A DNA stretch of 64,000 nt from Williamsia sp. GTDB taxonomy: Bacteria; Actinomycetota; Actinomycetes; Mycobacteriales; Mycobacteriaceae. The notes below the pieces were generated by a model, which was not told where the DNA came from, ran no database searches, and saw only the letters and a list, made by a program, of their open reading frames with translations. Positions 37,132 through 45,890 of the stretch are shown here, in pieces. Made by a program: the position numbers and the translations under genes. The stretch lies in NCBI RefSeq assembly GCF_036566845.1, contig NZ_DATCVM010000115.1, positions 26,852 to 90,851 on the forward strand, written 5' to 3'. The stretch's first letter is position 1. Each line of letters begins with the position of its first letter.

Positions 37132-39243
37132 ATGTCCGACTACTTCATCACCGGTGGCACCGGCTTCATCGGGCGACGTGTACTGCCCCGCCTGCTCGAG
37201 ATACTCGAAGCAGAGGATCCGCAGACAACCGTCTACGCACTGACGCGACCGGGCTCGTACGAACGCCTGACCACCTCGATCGCCGACTGGCCAGGCAGGC
37301 ATCGGCTGCAGTTGGTCGAGGGCGATCTGAGCGCCGAGGACCTCGGAATCGACCCCGCCCACGACTTCACCGGGGTGGGCCACGTCCTGCATCTCGGTGC
37401 CATCTACGACATGACCGCCGACGCCGACGCCCAACAGGCCGTCAACGTCGACGGGACCGCCCGGGTGATCGACTTCGCCCGCCGGCATCAGGCGATGTTG
37501 CATCACGTGTCGTCGATCGCGGTGGCCGGCGATCACGTCGGCGACTTCACCGAAGCCGACTTCGATCTCGGACAGGAATTCCCGTCGCCCTACCACCGCA
37601 CCAAATTCGAATCGGAGAAACTGGTCCGAGAGGCCGGCGATCTGCGCTGGCGCGTCTATCGCCCGGCGATCGTGGTCGGCGACTCGACCACCGGCGAGAT
37701 GGACAAGGTCGACGGCCCCTACTACTTCTTCGGATACCTGGGAGAACTCGGCCGTCTGCCGGCACGCTGGACGATTCCGATGCCCGACCTGGGCCTGACG
37801 AACATCGTGCCGGTCGATTTTGTCGCCGACGCGCTGGTCACCCTGATGCGCCACGACGTGACCGGCCCCGGCGACGAACTCGCACACGATGTCGGTGGCG
37901 AGGTCTTCCACCTGGTCAACCCGGAGCCGCAGACCATCACCGACCTCTACAACGCCATCGCACCGGCCTTTGCCGGGCCACAGGGCCACGATCTGATCCC
38001 GGCCCGCATCGCCTCGTGGGTCATCAACCGTGGCCGGCGCGGTGTGCTGCGCACCGGCCGCGACCTCGTGGCACTCCAGCAGGGCATCCCCCCGGCCATC
38101 CTCGACACCCTGTCGCTCCCGACAACGTTCAAGGCCGACAAGACATTCGGGATCCTGAACGGATACGGCATCGTCCTCCCCGATCTCATCGACTACGGCC
38201 CACGGCTCTGGCGATACTGGAACAGCAACCTCGATCCCGCGCGCCATCGCCGACCCGACCCCCGAGGCCCGTTGGTCGGCCGCCACATCCTCATCACCGG
38301 CGGATCCACCGGGATCGGAAAAGAAGCGGCCCGCATGTGTGTCCGCAAGGGTGCGACGGTGTTCCTCCTTGCGCGCAGCGCCGACGAACTGGCCACGGCC
38401 GCAACCGAAATCGGCGCCGATAAACCCGAACCCGGGCTTCCCGCCGGTCACGCGCACCCGTATCCGTGCGACATCACCGACCGAGAATCGGTACACCTGA
38501 CCGTCCAGACCATCATCGAGGAGCATCAATTCGTCGACGTCCTGGTCAACAACGCCGGCCGATCCATCCGCCGGGCGACCATCGACGCCACCGACCGCGC
38601 CCACGACTACGAGCGGACGATGGCGGTGAACTACTTCGGAGCGGTGAACCTGACTCTGGCATTGTTGCCTCACATGAAGGAACGCAAGACCGGTCACATC
38701 GTGAATGTGTCGAGCATCGGCGTGCAGGCACGCGGGCCTCGATTCGCGGCCTACATCGCGTCGAAGGCGGCGTTGGAGGCGTTCAGCGATGTCACCGCCA
38801 CCGAGACCATCTCCGACCACATCACCTTCACCAACATCCACATGCCGCTGACCCGAACCCGGATGATCGCGCCCACCAAGGCCTACGACCAAGCGAAGGT
38901 CCTCAGCCCGCGTACCGCCGCCGCGATCGTGGTGCGCGGGATCATCGAACGCCCACGCCGCATCGACACCCCACTGGGCACGCTCGCGCAACTGGGACAG
39001 TTCCTCACCCCGAAACTGACAGCACGGATCCACCATCAGGGCTATTTGCTGTTCCCCGATTCGGCCACCACGCCTGGAGAGACCACCATCGCCGGGGAAC
39101 AGGATCCGGTCGTCGCCCGGGCACACACCGTCCGCGACCGGGCACACACGCTGGCCCGGCCGGCACGAGCGGCGTTGGTCGACAGCGGCGCACGACGTCT
39201 CACCCGCAAGACGCTCAATCTGATACCCGGTATCTCGTGGTAG
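37132..39243 (+). CDS. Two-domain SDR, fatty acyl-CoA reductase-like (AcrA1/Rv3391-like)
   Basis: N-domain TGGTGFIG...YHRTK; C-domain TGGSTGIG, NNAGRSIRR, YIASK; start placed at ATG 37132 behind GGAGGAG. Confidence 0.85.
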   Translation: MSDYFITGGTGFIGRRVLPRLLEILEAEDPQTTVYALTRPGSYERLTTSIADWPGRHRLQLVEGDLSAEDLGIDPAHDFTGVGHVLHLGAIYDMTADADAQQAVNVDGTARVIDFARRHQAMLHHVSSIAVAGDHVGDFTEADFDLGQEFPSPYHRTKFESEKLVREAGDLRWRVYRPAIVVGDSTTGEMDKVDGPYYFFGYLGELGRLPARWTIPMPDLGLTNIVPVDFVADALVTLMRHDVTGPGDELAHDVGGEVFHLVNPEPQTITDLYNAIAPAFAGPQGHDLIPARIASWVINRGRRGVLRTGRDLVALQQGIPPAILDTLSLPTTFKADKTFGILNGYGIVLPDLIDYGPRLWRYWNSNLDPARHRRPDPRGPLVGRHILITGGSTGIGKEAARMCVRKGATVFLLARSADELATAATEIGADKPEPGLPAGHAHPYPCDITDRESVHLTVQTIIEEHQFVDVLVNNAGRSIRRATIDATDRAHDYERTMAVNYFGAVNLTLALLPHMKERKTGHIVNVSSIGVQARGPRFAAYIASKAALEAFSDVTATETISDHITFTNIHMPLTRTRMIAPTKAYDQAKVLSPRTAAAIVVRGIIERPRRIDTPLGTLAQLGQFLTPKLTARIHHQGYLLFPDSATTPGETTIAGEQDPVVARAHTVRDRAHTLARPARAALVDSGARRLTRKTLNLIPGISW

Positions 39244-40352
39244 AGCACAGCACCCGGCAGCCCGGACCGGACAACCGGATCCTGACTGCCACCTCGGCCC
39301 TCGACACCCCGTTCCTGGCGGTCGACGAGCAAGTCCTCGACGCGAACATCGCCCGGATGTCCGCGTTCGCGGCGGCGTCCGGACTCCGGCTGCGACCGCA
39401 TGCAAAAACCCACAAGTCCCTCATCCTCGGACAGCGCCAATTGGACAGCGGTGCAACGGGACTGACTGTCGCCACCATTGCAGAATCGGAAACCTTTGCC
39501 GCCCAAGGATTCTCGGATCTGTTCATCGCCTACCCCCTGTGGCTGACCGAGAACAAGGCGGCGCGACTACGTGCAGTGATGGCGCGGGCACGTGTGCTGC
39601 TCGCGGTCGATTCGGTGGCCGGGGCGCAGCAACTCGCCTCGCTGCTCCCCGGGTCCTCGGTGCTGGTCGAGGTCGATTCGGGGCATCACCGCACCGGCGT
39701 CGTCCCGGAACTGGCGGGCGAAGTGGGAGCCGCTGCCGTCGGAGCCGGCCTTCAGGTGCTCGGTGCGTTCACCTTTCCCGGGCACAGCTACCGCCCGGGC
39801 GGCGGCCCGGGCGACGCCGCCGGGCAGGAATCGCGCGCTCTTTTCGTCGCCGGCGAATCCCTGCGCAGCCGCCAGATCACCCCGGTGATCTGCAGTGGCG
39901 GTTCCACACCGTCGGCAGGGGCCACCGACTCCACGGTCCTCACCGAGATCCGGCCGGGTGTCTACGTGTTCAATGACGCCCAGCAAGTGGAACTCGGGGT
40001 CGCTACCATGGCCGACGTGGCATTGACGGCAGTCGGCACCGTGGTGCACAGCAGCGACGCAAGAGCCGTGGTCGACGTCGGGAGCAAGATACTCGGAGCA
40101 GACCAGCCGGCCTGGATCAGCGGCGGCGGCCGTCTCCCCGACGAACCCGAGGCGCGCATCACCGCTCTCTCCGAACACCACGCGACCATCGATTTCCCGG
40201 GCGGATCGCGTCACCCCGCGGTGGGGGAACGGGTCCGGATCGCCCCCAATCACGTCTGCACCGCGGTCAACCTCGCCGATACCCTCGTGGTGGTCGGTGC
40301 GGATGACGTGGTCACGCACTGGCCCGTCGATGCCCGCGGAGCCAACACATGA
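39237..40352 (+). CDS. D-threonine aldolase/DSD1-like PLP enzyme (alanine-racemase fold)
   Basis: RPHAKTHK (PLP Lys), EVDSGHHRTG, GGSTP, EIRPGVYVFND, SEHH, PNHVC; start approximate. Confidence 0.82.
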   Translation: MVEHSTRQPGPDNRILTATSALDTPFLAVDEQVLDANIARMSAFAAASGLRLRPHAKTHKSLILGQRQLDSGATGLTVATIAESETFAAQGFSDLFIAYPLWLTENKAARLRAVMARARVLLAVDSVAGAQQLASLLPGSSVLVEVDSGHHRTGVVPELAGEVGAAAVGAGLQVLGAFTFPGHSYRPGGGPGDAAGQESRALFVAGESLRSRQITPVICSGGSTPSAGATDSTVLTEIRPGVYVFNDAQQVELGVATMADVALTAVGTVVHSSDARAVVDVGSKILGADQPAWISGGGRLPDEPEARITALSEHHATIDFPGGSRHPAVGERVRIAPNHVCTAVNLADTLVVVGADDVVTHWPVDARGANT

Positions 40353-41620
40353 ACAAGCTCGGAGCCACTGCACTGGCCATCCTGATGCTGGGCACGGCCG
40401 CCTGCGCATCGGACGAACCAGCCGCTGTGACAGTGGAATTGACCACCGCCCCCGATGTCGAGTTCGAGGAGATCGGCATCGACGAGGTCCGCGACGCGGC
40501 CACCGAGTTGGTCAGGTACACCAGCGATCTGGGTGTCGACATGATCCGCGGTGCCGAGCCGGCCGCCAACCAGGTGGTGTCCCCCTGGGGCGCGATGGTC
40601 ACGCTGCAGATGTTGCGGGCCGGCGCTGGGGGCAACACCGCGGCCGAACTCGATTCCGTCCTCGGTGTCTCCGATACCGAGGCCGTGGCGGCTCTGATCG
40701 GTCAGCTCGACCGGGTCTCGGGCGATCCCGGTGGTGTGGACCGCAAGAACCCACCGTCGCCTCCCGTCTTCCACCAGGCATCGGGGATCTTCATCGACGA
40801 TTCCCTCGTGGTCGGCGACGAGTACCTCGCCGTGCTCGGACGCAGCTTCGGTACCGGCCTCTATCCCGTCGACTTCTCTGTGCCGCAGACCGAATCTGCA
40901 CTCAACGAATGGATTTCGGTCAACACCGGCGGAGAGATCTCGCAGACACCCACCGAGTACAGCACGGACACCGTGATCAGTCTGCTCTCCACTGTCTTCC
41001 TCGCCGCCGCCTGGCAGCAGCCGTTCTCACCCGCGTCCACCGCCCCGTCGGAGTTCACCACCACGGATGGTTCGGTGTCGAAGGTCAGCACGATGCACAA
41101 GACATTGGATGTGCCACTGCGGCGCGGCCCCGGCTGGACTGCGGTGCAACTCCCGTACTCACAGAGCCTGGCAATGCAAATATTGCTGCCCGACAACGGA
41201 TCCGACCCGAACGCTCTGCTGAGCGGGACGGCACTGGCCGATGCCGACGCCGCACTGCGAGCCGGCGCCGCGTCGTCGGTCGATGTGAGCCTGCCCCGCT
41301 GGGACATCGCCGGGGAGGTCGATCTCAAGTCGACGCTCGAAAGCCGTGGTGTTCACGATCTGTTCACAGACGCCGCCGATCTCACCGCGATCAGCGATCA
41401 GTTGGTGGTCACCGCTGTGGCACAGAACAGTTCGATCACGGTCGGCGAGAAAGGCACGATTGCCGCCTCGGCCACGCAGGCCGATGTCGGTGTGACCGCG
41501 CTACCGCCCGAACCGGTGGAGACGTTCGTCGCCGATCGGCCGTTCGTTTTTCAGATCGTGGACACGGCAACCGGACTGCCGTTGTTCCTCGGAGTTGTGG
41601 CCCGCCCCGACAACCGGTAG
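40349..41620 (+). CDS. Serpin family lipoprotein
   Basis: Lipobox TAA-C; NQVVSPW, GAGGNTAAEL, hinge EKGTIAASAT, C-terminal FVADRPFVFQIVD...LFLG signature. Confidence 0.88.
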   Translation: MNKLGATALAILMLGTAACASDEPAAVTVELTTAPDVEFEEIGIDEVRDAATELVRYTSDLGVDMIRGAEPAANQVVSPWGAMVTLQMLRAGAGGNTAAELDSVLGVSDTEAVAALIGQLDRVSGDPGGVDRKNPPSPPVFHQASGIFIDDSLVVGDEYLAVLGRSFGTGLYPVDFSVPQTESALNEWISVNTGGEISQTPTEYSTDTVISLLSTVFLAAAWQQPFSPASTAPSEFTTTDGSVSKVSTMHKTLDVPLRRGPGWTAVQLPYSQSLAMQILLPDNGSDPNALLSGTALADADAALRAGAASSVDVSLPRWDIAGEVDLKSTLESRGVHDLFTDAADLTAISDQLVVTAVAQNSSITVGEKGTIAASATQADVGVTALPPEPVETFVADRPFVFQIVDTATGLPLFLGVVARPDNR

Positions 41621-41674
41621 CTGCCGAAGAACGTCGGGGGCGGCTCGTTTCGTCTTGTCACATTCCATTTTTAC

Positions 41675-41713
41675 GAATGCTAGGCTACCCAAACGTCGAT
41701 AGGCTACCCAAAC
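41675..41713. promoter_or_regulatory. Tandem IdeR/DtxR-like boxes
   Basis: TAGGCTACCCAAAC repeated at 41681 and 41700 (19-bp period), resembling the right part of TTAGGTTAGGCTAACCTAA; upstream of iron-uptake genes. Confidence 0.6.
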
Positions 41714-41738
41714 TTCGGGTGGTCAACCGGCATAAATC

Positions 41739-42824
41739 GTGAACACCGCGTGGAAGAACGAGGTTGCCGACATGGTGCAGACGTTGGCACCTCCGATCAC
41801 CGAAAAGCCACACTCGGCGTTGGTCCAGAACGGCAAACGCGTTCTCGCCCTTCTGGTCATGGCCGGGTTGCTCGTGGTGGTGATGTTGCTCAGCGTGTTC
41901 GTCGGCAGCGGCGACATCCCGTTCTCGGATGTGTGGCACGCGATCTGGCACGGCCGAGACGGCAGCACCAATGCCGAGATCATCTTGTCCAACCGAATCC
42001 CCCGCACCTTGCTCGGCGTCATCGTCGGTGCCGCGCTCGGCGTCGCCGGCGCACTCATCCAGGCCCTGACCAGAAACCCGCTGGCCGACCCCGGCGTCCT
42101 GGGCGTCAACGCAGGTGCGTACTTCGTGATGGTGCTGGGGTTCGCAGTCTTCGGCGCCACATCGACGTCGGGGAATGTGCTGTTCGCCATGCTCGGCGCG
42201 TTCGCAGCCTCGATCCTGGTCTACTTCGTCGGTTCCCGGGGGCGCGGCGGGGCGAGCCCTGCCAAACTCGTCCTGACCGGCGTTGCGGTGAGTTGTGTCT
42301 TCACCGGCGTCGCCTTCGGGATGACCATGGTCGACCCCAAGGCCTTCGACAACATCCGTGGCTGGCAGGTCGGTTCGCTGCAGAAGGATCAGACCCAGTC
42401 GATTCTCGAAACGATATGGCCCTACATCCTCGTCGGTCTCGTGATCGCGCTCCTGCTGACGGCCTACCTGAATGCCATCGCGCTCGGCGATGATCGGGCC
42501 CGGGCACTCGGCGTCCCGGTGACCTCCGTGCGTGGAGCCGGATTCCTGTCCATGACACTGCTCTGTGGCGCCGGCACCGCAGCGGTCGGTCCGATCACGT
42601 TCCTGGGACTGATGGTTCCGCACGCCGTCCGCACGGTTGTCGGTCCCGACCAGAAGTGGATCATCCCGGCCAGCATGCTGTTCGCCCCCGTACTCTTTCT
42701 CGGCTCGGACGTGATCGGCAGGGTGATCGCCCCGACCGAGGTACCGGTCGGGATGGTGGTCGCGTTCATCGGCGCGCCGGTCCTCATCTACCTGGCCCGC
42801 AACAGCAAGTTCAACGAACTATGA
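41739..42824 (+). CDS. FecCD family iron-siderophore ABC permease
   Basis: RIPRTLLG, QALTRNPLADPGVLG, GPITFLGLMVPH. Confidence 0.92.
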   Translation: MNTAWKNEVADMVQTLAPPITEKPHSALVQNGKRVLALLVMAGLLVVVMLLSVFVGSGDIPFSDVWHAIWHGRDGSTNAEIILSNRIPRTLLGVIVGAALGVAGALIQALTRNPLADPGVLGVNAGAYFVMVLGFAVFGATSTSGNVLFAMLGAFAASILVYFVGSRGRGGASPAKLVLTGVAVSCVFTGVAFGMTMVDPKAFDNIRGWQVGSLQKDQTQSILETIWPYILVGLVIALLLTAYLNAIALGDDRARALGVPVTSVRGAGFLSMTLLCGAGTAAVGPITFLGLMVPHAVRTVVGPDQKWIIPASMLFAPVLFLGSDVIGRVIAPTEVPVGMVVAFIGAPVLIYLARNSKFNEL

Positions 42825-43909
42825 GCACCTCGACAGCGCGGCCCGAACCCGCAATCTGGCCCACCAGAACCAAATTCCTTCGATCGTTCTCCGGCAGACT
42901 GAGCATCAAGGTGGATCTGCGGACGGTGGTGATCACCGCCGCGCTGGCGGTCGTGACCGTCGGAGTGTCGCTGTGGTCGCTGACCGTCGGATCCGTCGAA
43001 GGCGCGAACCTGCCACTGGATCGGGTGTTCGGGGCGTTCGCCGGAACCGAGACACCGGCGGTCACCAGGATCGTCGTCGAAGGCCGGCTACCGCGAGTAC
43101 TGGTCGCCATCTTCGGCGGCGCCGCACTTGCCTTGAGCGGGGCCATCTTTCAGACGGTGACGAGAAACCCGCTGGGCAGCCCCGACATCATCGGATTCAC
43201 CGCGGGCGCCAACACCGGTGCGCTGATGGCGCTGCTGGTGTTCGGTCTGGGCTACAACGGGGCGACCTTCGGGTCGCTGATCGGCGGCCTCCTCACCGGT
43301 GTTGTCATCTATGTACTGGCATTCCGCGGCGGGGTGCAGGGATATCGGCTCATCGTCATCGGCATCGGTGTCAGCGCGATGCTCACCGCCTTCAACGGCG
43401 TCCTGCTGGTCCGCGCCCGAGTCGAGAACGCCGCAGCCGCGGCGGCCTGGGGGCAGGGGATCTTCGAACAACTGCGATTCCAGGACGTCATCCCCGTCGT
43501 TGTCGTATTGGTGATCCTCATCCCGGCCCTGACTTTCTTCACACCGAGTATGCGGATGTTCGAGCTCGGTCAGGATTCGGCCCGCAGCAAGGGAGTCCAC
43601 ACCGAACGCGTCCAGTTGTACCTGCTGATCATCGGTGTCGGTCTGGTCGCGGTCGTGACCGCGGTGGCCGGGCCGATCGCGTTCATCGCGCTCATCGCGC
43701 CACAGGTTGCCATGCGGATCACCCGCAGCCCGGGCATTCCACTGGTCACCGGAGCAGCGGTGGGGGCCACCCTGCTGGTGATCAGCGATGCGATCGCCCG
43801 GACCCTGCTCGCACCGATACAACTCCCGGTCGGTGTGGTGACCACCGCACTCGGTGGCGTGTACCTGCTCGGTCTCCTCATCGTCCAGTCCCGAAAGGCA
43901 TCCACGTGA
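42821..43909 (+). CDS. FecCD family iron-siderophore ABC permease
   Basis: RLPRVLVA, QTVTRNPLGSPDIIG, GPIAFIALIAP, LPVGVVT; ATGA overlap with the previous gene. Confidence 0.92.
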   Translation: MSTSTARPEPAIWPTRTKFLRSFSGRLSIKVDLRTVVITAALAVVTVGVSLWSLTVGSVEGANLPLDRVFGAFAGTETPAVTRIVVEGRLPRVLVAIFGGAALALSGAIFQTVTRNPLGSPDIIGFTAGANTGALMALLVFGLGYNGATFGSLIGGLLTGVVIYVLAFRGGVQGYRLIVIGIGVSAMLTAFNGVLLVRARVENAAAAAAWGQGIFEQLRFQDVIPVVVVLVILIPALTFFTPSMRMFELGQDSARSKGVHTERVQLYLLIIGVGLVAVVTAVAGPIAFIALIAPQVAMRITRSPGIPLVTGAAVGATLLVISDAIARTLLAPIQLPVGVVTTALGGVYLLGLLIVQSRKAST

Positions 43910-44772
43910 CCGAATCACCGACCTACACCGGACGCCTGTCCGGTGAGTCTCTCGATGTCGGTTACGACAAGCGGCTCATCATCGCCGGCCTCGACGTCAC
44001 GATCCCGGACGGTTCGTTCACCGTGATCGTCGGCCCCAATGCCTGCGGCAAGTCGACGTTGCTCCGGGCACTGTCACGGCTGCTCAAGCCCGTCGGCGGC
44101 ACGGTGCTCCTCGACGGCAAGAACGTCAATTCGTTCAACGGCAAGGAGTTCGCCCGGCAGGTCGGGCTCCTGCCGCAGCAGTCCCTTGCCCCCGAAGGCA
44201 TCAACGTGGTGGATCTGGTCTCTCGCGGCCGCTTTCCGTATCAGAAGATGTTCAAGCAGTGGACGGACGACGACGAGAACGCTGTTCGCAATGCATTGGC
44301 CGCCACCCGCTTGATGGACCTGTCCACGCGACCGGTCGAAGCCTTGTCCGGTGGTCAGCGACAACGCGTGTGGATCGCCATGGCCCTGGCCCAGGAAACG
44401 CCCATCCTGCTCCTCGACGAGCCGACGACCTACCTCGATCTGGCCCATCAACTCGAGATCCTCGAGTTGTGCGCTCGGCTGAACAAGGAGGGTTCGACTC
44501 TCGTCGCGGTCCTCCATGACCTCAACCAGGCAGCGCGTTACGCGACCCACCTCATCGCGATGCGCAGCGGCGTGGTGGTCGCTGAAGGTCCACCGGCCGA
44601 GGTGGTCACAGAGGAGACCATCGAGGCCGTGTTCGGGGTCCGGTCGCGGGTGATCAATGATCCCGAAACCCAGACCCCGATGGTCATCCCACTGGCGAAC
44701 GGAGCGGTGCAGATAGCTGAAGTGCAAGGCGATACGGCCAATTTCAGGGCCGAACTCGATGATCTGGGCTGA
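43906..44772 (+). CDS. Iron-siderophore ABC transporter ATP-binding protein
   Basis: GPNACGKST, LSGGQRQR, LLLDEPT, VLHDLN; GTG start 43906. Confidence 0.93.
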   Translation: MTESPTYTGRLSGESLDVGYDKRLIIAGLDVTIPDGSFTVIVGPNACGKSTLLRALSRLLKPVGGTVLLDGKNVNSFNGKEFARQVGLLPQQSLAPEGINVVDLVSRGRFPYQKMFKQWTDDDENAVRNALAATRLMDLSTRPVEALSGGQRQRVWIAMALAQETPILLLDEPTTYLDLAHQLEILELCARLNKEGSTLVAVLHDLNQAARYATHLIAMRSGVVVAEGPPAEVVTEETIEAVFGVRSRVINDPETQTPMVIPLANGAVQIAEVQGDTANFRAELDDLG

Positions 44773-44811
44773 TACCGGTATCCACCGGTCCGATGGAAGG
44801 GCAAGGGAAAC

Positions 44812-45816
44812 ATGAGATCTGTGCGGCGTGTTCTGGGGGCGCTCACCGTTGCGGTGGCGCTGACCACGGCGATGGCGGCGTGTTCGTCATCTGATTCGTC
44901 TTCATCCGACGGGGAGGTGGTCGGGTCGGTCGCGAGCGGTCCCGACACCGTTGTCCGCAAGTCGGGCGACGAACTCAAAGTCGTGGCATTGGGCTGGTCG
45001 GATGGAGAGATAGCGCTGTCCTTGGGCGTCAAACCGATTGCCATCTATGACTGGCAGGGTTTCGGAGAAGCCAACAAGGGTGTCGGGTCCTGGGCGACTG
45101 ATCTGTTCGACGATTCGTCCCCCACTGTCATCGCGAACAGTGGCACCACCTACAACTACGAACAGATCGAACTCCTCGAGCCCGACCTGATCCTCAACGT
45201 CCGCGCGGCATCGGACCAGAGGGTATTCGATCGACTCTCACAGATCGCACCGGTTGCGACTGCGCCGGCGGGAGCCCCTGACTTCGCCGTCGACTGGCGG
45301 ACCCAGACCCAGATCATCGGCGAGGCGATCGGCAAGACCTCCGAAGCCGAACAGGCAGTGGCCGATACATCGGGAAAGATCGAAGCCGCAGCGACCGCAA
45401 ACCCCGCCTTCAAGGACAAGACCTTCGTCTACGCGGCGAAGTTCGCGGACGCCTACGGCGCCTATGTCGCCGGAGATGCCCGGTTCGACGTGTTCGCCGA
45501 GATGGGTTTTGTCGCCTATCCCCCGTTGCTGGCATTGCAGCCCAGCGGGTTCTTCGCGGCCGTGTCGGCAGAGCAGGTGGCGGCGCTGAACGCGCAGGTG
45601 GCCATTTTCACCACGATCTCCAAGCCGATGAGCGACCTGACCTCGGATGCGCTGATCAATTCGCTCAGCGTCGTCCAAGACGGCCGGGCCATCATGCTCG
45701 ACGAGAAGAGTGAGATCAACGTCGCGTTGGCCGCCGGCACCCCGCAGTCCATCGCGATCGCCGTAGACCAGGTGGTTCCGATGCTGCAGCAATCCGTGGC
45801 GAAGGTCCCGGGCTGA
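44812..45816 (+). CDS. Iron-siderophore ABC substrate-binding lipoprotein
   Basis: Lipobox MAA-C, VVALGWSDGEIALSLGVKP, EQIELLEPDLIL, QIAP. Confidence 0.88.
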   Translation: MRSVRRVLGALTVAVALTTAMAACSSSDSSSSDGEVVGSVASGPDTVVRKSGDELKVVALGWSDGEIALSLGVKPIAIYDWQGFGEANKGVGSWATDLFDDSSPTVIANSGTTYNYEQIELLEPDLILNVRAASDQRVFDRLSQIAPVATAPAGAPDFAVDWRTQTQIIGEAIGKTSEAEQAVADTSGKIEAAATANPAFKDKTFVYAAKFADAYGAYVAGDARFDVFAEMGFVAYPPLLALQPSGFFAAVSAEQVAALNAQVAIFTTISKPMSDLTSDALINSLSVVQDGRAIMLDEKSEINVALAAGTPQSIAIAVDQVVPMLQQSVAKVPG

Positions 45817-45832
45817 CCCAAGGCTGGTGGTT

Positions 45833-45883
45833 TGGTGGGTTCTGGTGAAGGTGACCTGCGGGTTTGCTCGCCAGAACCCACCA
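45833..45883. terminator. Hairpin between convergent SBP and imuB genes
   Basis: TGGTGGGTTCTGGTGA...TCGCCAGAACCCACCA, 16-bp stem with one wobble. Confidence 0.65.
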
Positions 45884-45890
45884 CTTTCGG

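Noticed and set aside
37060-39405. Long antisense/shadow ORFs (781 aa here; also 8427-9881, 12140-13561, 22694-24211, 27336-29063, 53404-54939, 55303-56958)
   Set aside because: They lie opposite motif-supported genes and reflect stop-codon scarcity in high-GC DNA.
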